Source: Desulfurella sp.
GTDB lineage: Bacteria; Campylobacterota_A; Desulfurellia; Desulfurellales; Desulfurellaceae
Reading direction: 5' to 3'
NCBI GenBank assembly: GCA_031960885.1
Contig: JAVRLY010000012.1
Coordinates: 1 to 25,953 of the forward strand
DNA: 25,953 nt
Shown here: piece by piece, positions 10,768 to 18,524 of the stretch
Position numbering within the stretch: the stretch's first letter is position 1
How the letters are laid out: each line of letters starts with the position of its first letter
Notes under the pieces: model-generated
What the model was told of the DNA's origin: nothing
The model's input: the letters and a program-made list of their open reading frames with translations, nothing else
Database searches by the model: none
Program-made: the position numbers and the translations under genes

Positions 10768-11617
10768 TAAAAACGCTTATATCCATAGAGCTTTTCATTC
10801 CGCTTAGCCAGCTTGAAAACCTCTCTTGCAGTTTCTCTTCAAATAGCAAGTTTCTAATTTTATCTTTTACATCATCAAATGATAAAATAACATCTTTTTT
10901 ATCTAATACTTTAATGATAAAATAACCATTATTTGACTCAATAATCGGACTAATTTGACCTACTTGCATTTTTTCAATTATACCTTGCAATTGTTGATTA
11001 ATGTCTGAAAGATACACTTGTTTAGGTTCACTTTTGTCCTGAGAGTACTTTTCTTTAATGCTATCAAAACTTGCGCCAAGCTGCAGTTGTTTCATTGCCT
11101 CATTAATATCTGTTTTGCTTTTAGTTTCGATAATATCTAGCGTAACCGTACTTTGGTTAAATACATTTGGATGGTTATTATAAAAATTTTTAATTTCTTG
11201 CTCATCAATTTGTATGGTTGGTGCAAAAACCTTTTGCATAACCTTCAATTTGTATGCATTAAATTTTGCAAATTCTCTATAGTATTCTAAATTTAACCCC
11301 TGCTCTTTTATTTTTTCTTCTAACTCATCTTTTGTCAACTTATTGTTTTTTGCAACGTTTTCAATAAACTCGTCTATATCTTGATCTGTTAATACAATAC
11401 CATCTTGTTTGGCAATGTCTTCAATTGCATAATCATCTATCACGTCATTTAATAATTGCTTTTCATCTTTTGCATGGTAAAATGGCGCAAGCTCTTTTAG
11501 ATCATATGTTGTAATTGGCCTATCATTTACTGTTGCTACGATTTTATCTATCACTTCGGCTTTTGCTATACTTGAAAAAAATATAAAAACAGTTATAAAT
11601 ACCAAAATCTTCTTCAT
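10757..11617 (-). CDS. SurA-like periplasmic chaperone / parvulin-type PPIase
   Basis: Signal peptide ending AKA, SurA-N motif IDKIVATVNDRPIT, degenerate parvulin (GASFDSIKEKYSQD; VGQISPIIESNNGYFIIKV); SD AAGGAG upstream. Confidence 0.82.
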   Translation of the reverse strand: MKKILVFITVFIFFSSIAKAEVIDKIVATVNDRPITTYDLKELAPFYHAKDEKQLLNDVIDDYAIEDIAKQDGIVLTDQDIDEFIENVAKNNKLTKDELEEKIKEQGLNLEYYREFAKFNAYKLKVMQKVFAPTIQIDEQEIKNFYNNHPNVFNQSTVTLDIIETKSKTDINEAMKQLQLGASFDSIKEKYSQDKSEPKQVYLSDINQQLQGIIEKMQVGQISPIIESNNGYFIIKVLDKKDVILSFDDVKDKIRNLLFEEKLQERFSSWLSGMKSSMDISVFNEN

Positions 11618-11645
11618 AAACTACTCCTTATATTAGAATACCAAT

Positions 11646-14600
11646 TTACACAATATTAATCAAGAAGTTTTTTAACATATTAAAATTATCTTTACCAATA
11701 TTCAAAAAAACCGCCGTTTCACCTAAAAAACTACCTTTTAGCGTGTTTGTTTGCTTTATTAGTTTGTCAGTGTCAATTTTTGCATCTATATAAAATTGCA
11801 CCGATACACCTTTTGTACCAAACATAAGACTTTTTACAAATACTCTCTTAGCATACAACTTTATTATACTAATTTCAATAAGTTTTGAAACGATTTTTGG
11901 GAGTTTTCCATATTTATCTTCAATGTAGCTTTTTATGCTATCTAACTCATCTTCACTTTTTGCTTTTGAAATAAGTGTATAAATAGCTGTTTTTTCATTA
12001 TTTATGTACCAATCTGGTATATACAAGTTATCGACAAATTTTATCTCAACATCCCTTTCGATTTCTATATTTGATATCTGAGCTAATGCTTCTTGTGTCA
12101 AATCAACATATAAATCGTATCCGACAGCCTTAATATTGCCACTTTGGTCCTTGCCTAAAATGTTTCCAGCACCCCTAATTTCTAAATCCTTTAATGCAAT
12201 GTTAAAGCCTAAACCCCTTTCCATGTATTGCTTAAGCGTATTAAGTCTTATCATTGCTTGTTCGCTAAGCTGTGCATCGTATAACAAATAAGCATAAGCT
12301 TCTATATCGCTGCGACCAACCCTACCTCTTAATTGGTATAAGTCGCTTAACCCAAAATTTTGGGCTTGAGAAATTATAATAGTATTCACATGCTTTAAGT
12401 CCAGACCAGATTCAATGATAGATGTAGATATTAAAATAGGAAAAACACCATTTGCAAAATCAGTGATTATTTTTTTTATTTGATTCTTTGGCAGTTTTGA
12501 GTGAATAATGCGTTTTTCTGTATCTGGCAATAGTTTATCCAAATGCTCTTTAACATGATATATCGTTTCAATTCTATTGTGAACAAAAAACACACTACCA
12601 TTGCGAAATAGTTCTCTTTCTATAGCTTCTTTAATAACCTTGTCAGTTTGCTTTAAAACATACGTTTCTATATGTTTTCTTGAAAGTGGCGCTGTTTTTA
12701 TCACACTAATACCATAAATTGAATTTATAGCCATATTGAGTGTACGCGGAATTGGCGTTGCCGAAAGATAAATCATATCAACGGTTTCATACTTTTGCTT
12801 AAAGTGTTCTTTGATTTTCACGCCAAAATGTTGTTCTTCATCAATAATAACAAGGCCTAAATTTTTGAAGTTAACATCTGTGAAATAAATCGAGTGCGTA
12901 GCTATTAGTATATCAATTGTGCCATTTTCTAAGCCTTTTTTTATTTGTTCCTTTTCTGATTTTTTCGTAAAACTATTAAGTAAAGCGATTTTTACAGGGA
13001 AATTTGCAAAACGTTCCAAAAATGTGTTGTAATGTTGCATTGAAAGAATTGTGGTTGGCGCAATAACAACACTTTGTCTGCCATTAAAAGCTGCAATTGC
13101 AGCAGCTCTCATTGCTACTTCTGTTTTGCCAAATGAAACATCGCCACAAATTAACCTTTCCATTGGCGAATCTATGCTCATATCATGCTTTACATCTAAA
13201 ATAGCTTGAAGCTGATCTGGCGTTTCTTGATACTCAAACTCAGCTTCAAATTCTTTAACCTCAAGCAAATCAACATTGTATGGTTGGCGTTTTAGTATCT
13301 TTCTTTTAGCATAAACATTGACAAGCTCTGTAAGGATTTTTTTTATTGCCTTTGATACATTTTCTTTTCTTAAATGCCATGATTTAGAATTTAAAGAATC
13401 AATTTGTGCAGGTCCACTGTACTCAAAAAGACAATCAGCATTTGTAACAGGCACATAAACTTTATCTTGATTTGCGTACTCAATCTCAAAAAAATCAATT
13501 GATGCGTTTTCTACTTGCAATGTTTTAATACCCCTATATATGCCAATACCATAATTTTTATGTGCAACAAGTTTATCTTTTTGAAAGCCTATTGAAAAAA
13601 TGCGGGGTAATATTTCTTGCTCTTTCTCGATAGGAACGCCAAAAATTTCTTCAAAGCCAACAAATGTAATATCACCTGCTTTAAATCCTTTTTTTAAGTA
13701 TCCGCTACATAGGTGTATCCCTATTTGGCCTTTTGTCACTACTTTAGCGTTTTTTGCTTCAAGTATATCTTTTATCTTTTCAACTTTGGATGCACTTGCA
13801 CAAGCTAAACACACCTTTTTTGTTTTTGACAATTTTACTAGCGTATCAATTTTTTGATCTGTCTGTAAATTTAAAGCAAAAACATTCTCAAAATCATTGG
13901 TATAGCTAAATAGGTCTTTAGTGTTTTCGCTCAATATGCGCAAATCATACATGTCTTTATCTTTTTCAATCTTTTTCAAAATAAATTCAGCTGTTGCTGA
14001 ATCAAAATAACAGTATTTTTCACAATCATTAACTATTTTGTAATCTAAAATGCTGCCTCTTTTATTTTCATCAATTAGACTAAACCCATACTCTTCATCT
14101 CTAAATTTATATTCTTTCGCAAACACAATCTGCACTTCATTAATTTTTGAATGCGTAGTTTGATTAAGCGGATAAAATGTCCTTATATCGTCAATTATGT
14201 CACCAAAAAAATCAATCCTTACGGGTTTATCATAAATTGGCACAAAACAATCAATAATACTTCCCCTTACGCTAAACTGACCAGGCTCACTCACATTAGA
14301 TACATTTTCATAATTTAGGCTCACCAATAGCTCAATCAATGCTTTTCTATCGAATTTTATATTTTTTTCAATTTTTTGAATGATAAAGTATTCTTCTTTA
14401 ATTGATGGTTGCATAAGTGCTTCTAGGTTTGTTACAATAATGTGTTTTTTGTTTTTATTTGTAAGATTAGCTAGTGTAGTGATGCGGTTTTTTATAATAT
14501 CATTTGATGGCGCAATAGAGGACTTTGCGCCAATATTATAGGCTTCAAAAAAACTTACTAAAGTATCATTTTCACAATAGTCTCTAAAAAAAACCAACGA

Positions 14601-14708
14601 TTCATAAAAAATCTTAGCCTCAATATTATCCCTTAAAACCACAAAAATATTTTCTTTTGAAACAAGTTTAAATGCAAGGTATGACAACAAGTTAAAGTCA
14701 TAATACAT
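11646..14708 (-). CDS. mfd: Transcription-repair coupling factor
   Basis: UvrB-like PGQFSVRGSIID, RID region HKNYGIGIY, ETPDQ, ICGDVSFGKTEVA, IIDEEQ, SATPIPRT, QLRGRVGR, DLEIRGAGNILG. Confidence 0.95.
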   Translation of the reverse strand: MYYDFNLLSYLAFKLVSKENIFVVLRDNIEAKIFYESLVFFRDYCENDTLVSFFEAYNIGAKSSIAPSNDIIKNRITTLANLTNKNKKHIIVTNLEALMQPSIKEEYFIIQKIEKNIKFDRKALIELLVSLNYENVSNVSEPGQFSVRGSIIDCFVPIYDKPVRIDFFGDIIDDIRTFYPLNQTTHSKINEVQIVFAKEYKFRDEEYGFSLIDENKRGSILDYKIVNDCEKYCYFDSATAEFILKKIEKDKDMYDLRILSENTKDLFSYTNDFENVFALNLQTDQKIDTLVKLSKTKKVCLACASASKVEKIKDILEAKNAKVVTKGQIGIHLCSGYLKKGFKAGDITFVGFEEIFGVPIEKEQEILPRIFSIGFQKDKLVAHKNYGIGIYRGIKTLQVENASIDFFEIEYANQDKVYVPVTNADCLFEYSGPAQIDSLNSKSWHLRKENVSKAIKKILTELVNVYAKRKILKRQPYNVDLLEVKEFEAEFEYQETPDQLQAILDVKHDMSIDSPMERLICGDVSFGKTEVAMRAAAIAAFNGRQSVVIAPTTILSMQHYNTFLERFANFPVKIALLNSFTKKSEKEQIKKGLENGTIDILIATHSIYFTDVNFKNLGLVIIDEEQHFGVKIKEHFKQKYETVDMIYLSATPIPRTLNMAINSIYGISVIKTAPLSRKHIETYVLKQTDKVIKEAIERELFRNGSVFFVHNRIETIYHVKEHLDKLLPDTEKRIIHSKLPKNQIKKIITDFANGVFPILISTSIIESGLDLKHVNTIIISQAQNFGLSDLYQLRGRVGRSDIEAYAYLLYDAQLSEQAMIRLNTLKQYMERGLGFNIALKDLEIRGAGNILGKDQSGNIKAVGYDLYVDLTQEALAQISNIEIERDVEIKFVDNLYIPDWYINNEKTAIYTLISKAKSEDELDSIKSYIEDKYGKLPKIVSKLIEISIIKLYAKRVFVKSLMFGTKGVSVQFYIDAKIDTDKLIKQTNTLKGSFLGETAVFLNIGKDNFNMLKNFLINIV

Positions 14709-14714
14709 ACCAGT

Positions 14715-14743
14715 TTTTTAGCATTTTTATTTTAAAATTTCAA
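14715..14743 (-). promoter_or_regulatory. Candidate sigma70 promoter for mfd (possibly leaderless)
   Basis: Minus strand: TTGAAA (14743-14738), 17 nt, TAAAAA (14720-14715) preceded by TG-c, then 6 nt to the ATG at 14708. The -10 lacks the conserved final T. Confidence 0.4.
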
Positions 14744-14754
14744 TTGTTTAGGGC

Positions 14755-14778
14755 TTTAGTGGCCCTTGGGCCACTAAA
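14755..14778. terminator. Perfect GC-rich hairpin just after the traT stop (terminator or mRNA stability element)
   Basis: TTTAGTGGCC-CTTG-GGCCACTAAA: 10-bp stem, 4-nt loop, 2 nt from the stop codon; no classical U-tract follows on either strand. Confidence 0.55.
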
Positions 14779-14780
14779 TG

Positions 14781-15638
14781 TTAGAATATACCAGAAATCT
14801 CGTTAGAAATTAAATTTTCAATCTCAGGCGTAACTTTTTGTAAATCCATATTTGTTTGCTTTGCTTCAACCACAATTCTTGTTCTGTAGGCTTGATAATT
14901 TGTCTCTTTTTGGTACTGGCTTGTGACTTGAGTGCCCTCTTTGTTTTCTTGAATTTGAGTTGTGGAATTGTTTGCATATGAGCCTTGAGTGAAATTAGCA
15001 TTGTTGTTATAAGTGCCGCTTGATTGGTGAGTAATAGTTGCGCCTGTGCTTGGGCCTGTCTCGCCTTGCGAATAATTAGATGTCACTGTCTGCTTAACTG
15101 CGCCAGGCAATCTTTCTGATACCTGTATATCAACAACGCCCAAATACGTATCAACATGTATAGCAGCTCCAGCTAAAGCGCCAATCAATGAACCCGCTGC
15201 AGCACCACCTAAGGCAGCAGCCCCTTGACCATAGCCTCTTCCAATAGCAGCACCAGCTAAAGCGCCGCCAAAACCACCCGCAAGCGCTCCATCAAATGTT
15301 GCGTATTGAGATTCTTTTCCCATGTAAAGCACATTTGCTTGAAGCCAGTAGTGAGCTTGCTGTGGGTCATCAATAACCTTATAGTTTCTGCTCTCTAATT
15401 TTTGTTTAATCATAGCCTCCAAATCAGGCATTGGCACTTGGGATGTGTTTCTTACTTGCACAAAAATCGTTTTTTGAGATGGACCAACTGGCGTTAAAAA
15501 GATAGTGCTGCTCATTTTGGCTTGAGTTTGCAATTTTGCATTCTCAATGCCGCTCATAACCGTTGAACAAGATGATAGATAAACAGATAAAGATAAAAGC
15601 AAAAAAACACCTAAAATTGATTTAAAGAACTTCCCCAT
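14781..15638 (-). CDS. traT: TraT-family (surface exclusion / complement resistance) outer-membrane lipoprotein
   Basis: Start moved to the ATG at 15638 (AGGAGG at 15643-15648). Lipobox LSSC; TraT-like segments AKMSSTIFLTP, KTIFVQVRNTS, AHYWLQANVL, Gly-zipper GALAGGFGGALAGAAIG, DIQVSER, YRTRIV, ending ISGIF. Confidence 0.85.
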   Translation of the reverse strand: MGKFFKSILGVFLLLSLSVYLSSCSTVMSGIENAKLQTQAKMSSTIFLTPVGPSQKTIFVQVRNTSQVPMPDLEAMIKQKLESRNYKVIDDPQQAHYWLQANVLYMGKESQYATFDGALAGGFGGALAGAAIGRGYGQGAAALGGAAAGSLIGALAGAAIHVDTYLGVVDIQVSERLPGAVKQTVTSNYSQGETGPSTGATITHQSSGTYNNNANFTQGSYANNSTTQIQENKEGTQVTSQYQKETNYQAYRTRIVVEAKQTNMDLQKVTPEIENLISNEISGIF

Positions 15639-15712
15639 AAAACCTCCTAAAATAAAAATATTCACACTTAAGAAACGATGTTTATTATTAATATTTGACA
15701 TTTTTAAAACAG

Positions 15713-17062
15713 TTATCTTATGCATACTCTGTTTCTGCCTGAATTTTTTGCCTCGTATAGTGCCTCATCGGCTTCCTTAATCAAATGATTAACTGTTGTG
15801 GCATCATTTGGTTGCGTTTTAGAAAGCCCAACTGAGACTGTTATATAAACCTCTTCGTTGCCAAACGAAAATGGCGTTTTTTCTATGGTTTTCCTAATAA
15901 CATCGGCTTTTTCTATCACCGACTCCATTTTGCAAATCAAACCAGCTAAGAATTCTTCTCCGCCATACCTTAAAAATACATCCTCAATTCTTAGCATGCC
16001 TTTAATGAGTTTTGCCACATTCTCTAAAATAAAATCTCCTGCCTGGTGTCCGTATGTATCATTGATAACTTTGAAATGGTCAATGTCAAACATCATAACA
16101 TAAAATGGACTGTTGTTTCTCTTTGCCCTTGAATAATCCTCAATTAGTCTCTGCATGCCAAATCTTCTATTATATATACCCGTTAACTCATCTATAGCTG
16201 CAATTTTTTGTACATCGCGATAAATATTTGACCTTTCAAGTGCCATAGAATACTGATAAATTAGGCGCTTAAAGAAATTGACACTATCTTGTTTTAAATA
16301 ATCACTAAAATACAATGTAACTAAATATTTTTCTTTTTTTTGAGAAAGTATAGGCACAAATAATACCTCTTGCGGCACAATATTTAAAGTCCCAAATGTA
16401 AGGGTTATATTGGCATCTTTTAATGAAAAAAGTCTGTCTTTTTCAATGATGTTTTTAATGGATTCTTTTTGTTTATCGCTCAAATCCTCCCTTGCTAAAT
16501 AGCTGTAGGTTGTATTTAGATTGCTGCTTTTGTCTAAATAAAATATTTCTACACCAAGACATTTAAAATTGTCAGTTACAAACCATGCAAAATTGCTATT
16601 CAATTCATCTGTTTCTATTGATTTATTAAGTTTTACATAAAACTCGTCACTTTTTTGATACTGCCAAAAAAACTCTCTAATAATTGATATTAGTAAATTA
16701 TACTTTGTACCTAAACCATAAACATCCATATTTTGTTCGAGAAAACAGTTAGTGCAACTTTCTACATCCTGTATTTTGCCTTCTCTATAATTTTGTATGT
16801 TTGAGCTAATTAAATCTATTTTTTCTTTTAGGCTTGCCAATCTTTTAATAATTGTAATTTTTACTATTAAAAATCCCAACAAACCCACTATAATACCAGA
16901 TATGATACATGTCACAAAAAACGTAAGTGAATATATTATGTTTTTTGGTAAACCCAAGAAATGATCGCTAAAAAAAGGAAATACGCTACCAATAAAAACA
17001 CCAAAAATCAGCATCCAAAAAAATGTCTGTTGTATAACATCATCTTTTAAGTCTAACTTCAT
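15713..17062 (-). CDS. Membrane-anchored diguanylate cyclase (2 TM, linker, possible GAF-like domain, GGDEF)
   Basis: DELTGIYNRR, MFDIDHFKVINDTYGHQAGD, RYGGEEF (GGEEF at 15950-15964), RxxD I-site (RIED), ADEALYEAKNSGRN; two N-terminal hydrophobic helices. Confidence 0.93.
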   Translation of the reverse strand: MKLDLKDDVIQQTFFWMLIFGVFIGSVFPFFSDHFLGLPKNIIYSLTFFVTCIISGIIVGLLGFLIVKITIIKRLASLKEKIDLISSNIQNYREGKIQDVESCTNCFLEQNMDVYGLGTKYNLLISIIREFFWQYQKSDEFYVKLNKSIETDELNSNFAWFVTDNFKCLGVEIFYLDKSSNLNTTYSYLAREDLSDKQKESIKNIIEKDRLFSLKDANITLTFGTLNIVPQEVLFVPILSQKKEKYLVTLYFSDYLKQDSVNFFKRLIYQYSMALERSNIYRDVQKIAAIDELTGIYNRRFGMQRLIEDYSRAKRNNSPFYVMMFDIDHFKVINDTYGHQAGDFILENVAKLIKGMLRIEDVFLRYGGEEFLAGLICKMESVIEKADVIRKTIEKTPFSFGNEEVYITVSVGLSKTQPNDATTVNHLIKEADEALYEAKNSGRNRVCIR

Positions 17063-17096
17063 TTCTTCTACTAACCCTAAATAAAGAACTTTTAAA

Positions 17097-17126
17097 TTTA
17101 TAACACAAACTTATTTGAAAAATCAA
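17097..17126 (-). promoter_or_regulatory. Candidate promoter for the diguanylate cyclase
   Basis: Minus strand: TTGATT (17126-17121), 18 nt, TATAAA (17102-17097) preceded by TG-t. Confidence 0.35.
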
Positions 17127-17153
17127 GAAAAAACATACAAATTATATTAATAA

Positions 17154-17182
17154 TTTACAAATCCCATTATTTATGGTAATAT
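17154..17182 (+). promoter_or_regulatory. Candidate sigma70 promoter for the CBS protein-hppA-pur-hemL-atp unit
   Basis: TTTACA (17154-17159), 17 nt, extended -10 TG-g-TAATAT (hexamer 17177-17182); SD AGGAG at 17201-17205. Confidence 0.55.
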
Positions 17183-17212
17183 CAGCTTTGAGTTACTAAA
17201 AGGAGAAAATTT

Positions 17213-18511
17213 ATGAGAAACGCAAAACATATTTTTGTAATAGGAAGAAAAAACCCTGATTTAGACAGCATAGCTTCATGTATAGGATATGCTTTTTTAA
17301 AAAACAAAATATCAAATGAAAGTGAATATATGGCATGTGCAAGTGGAAGCATTAATGTCGAAACACAAAAAGTTCTAAGCTATTTAAATGTAGGACTGCC
17401 AAATTTTATTACAAATTTAAATTTAAAAGTTTGCGATATTATGACACAAGACATCATCACTGTAGAAAAAAATGCACCAATAACAGATGTTTTTAAATTA
17501 ATGCTTAAAAAAGATTTAAGAATTGTTCCAATAGTTGACGATGAAAATAAATTTTGCGGATCTATAGATATGCTTGATATTGCAAGAAAAAGCATATCTG
17601 CCATAATACCAGATATTTTTAGAAAAATAAAAACCAAGATTAGTCTAATTGCCAAATCGCTTGATGGAAAAATTTTAAATGATCCGTTTAGCGATGATGA
17701 ATTTTTGGCAAATGTAATTTTAGGTACAATGGATGCTGAAAGCTTTTTAGAAGAAATACAAAATTTTGACCCACAAAATGTTATACTCATTGTAGCAAAT
17801 AGGCATGATATACAAAAAAGAGCAGTTGAAATAGGCATTAAGTGTTTAATTATTTCAAATAATGCAAAACCATCTAAAGAAATCATTGAATTGGCTAGAA
17901 AAAATCAGGTTGCAATTATTTTATCATCTTACGGTTCTTTTGCAACAGCCGGTCTAGTAGAGTGGAGTGCTCCAATTTTTACAATTGCAGATAAAAATCC
18001 TTCAGTTGCTCAAGAAGGTGAAATTATAAAAAATATAAAAGAAAAAGTATATAATTCAAAAAATCGTGCTATTATAGTTTTAGGTTCTCTTGATAATATA
18101 CTTGGTATTGTAACAAGAACTGATATTATAAAATACTCAAAAAGACAGGTGATACTTATTGACCACTCTGATTCTGTAAATGCACCAGAGGGTATTTTTG
18201 AGAGCGAGGTATTAGAAATCATTGACCACCATAGACTTGGGGATATTAAAACTTCCAATTTAACACGATATAGAATAGAACCATTTGGCTCAACTGCTAC
18301 AATAATCGCTGACGAATTTCTCACGCATAATGTAACTCCAGAAAAGAAAATAGCTCTTTTACTTGCAAGCGGTATTATTGTTAATACATTATTTTTACAA
18401 CCAGACAAAGTATGCGATTATGACTTAAAAATGCTTGAGTGGCTATGCAAAATCGCTAATACAGATTACCGCACTTTTACTTTACAAATAAAAAATATTA
18501 TTAATACTTAA
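17213..18511 (+). CDS. CBS-DRTGG-CBS family II (Mn-dependent) pyrophosphatase-like protein lacking the DHHA2 domain; probably catalytically impaired
   Basis: DHH-domain motifs [33 protein letters not shown] are interrupted by CBS1, DRTGG-like and CBS2 segments. The ORF is 432 aa and stops at the end of the DHH domain; there is no SRKKQ motif. Confidence 0.85.
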   Translation: MRNAKHIFVIGRKNPDLDSIASCIGYAFLKNKISNESEYMACASGSINVETQKVLSYLNVGLPNFITNLNLKVCDIMTQDIITVEKNAPITDVFKLMLKKDLRIVPIVDDENKFCGSIDMLDIARKSISAIIPDIFRKIKTKISLIAKSLDGKILNDPFSDDEFLANVILGTMDAESFLEEIQNFDPQNVILIVANRHDIQKRAVEIGIKCLIISNNAKPSKEIIELARKNQVAIILSSYGSFATAGLVEWSAPIFTIADKNPSVAQEGEIIKNIKEKVYNSKNRAIIVLGSLDNILGIVTRTDIIKYSKRQVILIDHSDSVNAPEGIFESEVLEIIDHHRLGDIKTSNLTRYRIEPFGSTATIIADEFLTHNVTPEKKIALLLASGIIVNTLFLQPDKVCDYDLKMLEWLCKIANTDYRTFTLQIKNIINT

Positions 18512-18524
18512 GGGAGGTTTTTGG

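Noticed and set aside
15639..15725. Longer traT N-terminus from the ORF track
   Set aside because: The ATG at 15638 has AGGAGG and gives a normal-length lipoprotein signal peptide.
14781..17062. traT plus GGDEF gene as a genomic island or integrated plasmid
   Set aside because: No integrase, transposase, tRNA, flanking direct repeats or other tra genes are visible.
15639..17212. Riboswitch, tRNA or sRNA in the intergenic gaps 15639-15712 and 17063-17212
   Set aside because: The gaps are short and very AT-rich with no recognisable structure or motif; an Rfam scan would be needed to exclude this formally.
17213..18511. Calling the CBS-PPase-like ORF a simple pseudogene
   Set aside because: The frame is uninterrupted, promoter and SD are good, it ends cleanly at a domain boundary and no DHHA2 remnant follows. 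This cannot be fully excluded without orthologs.
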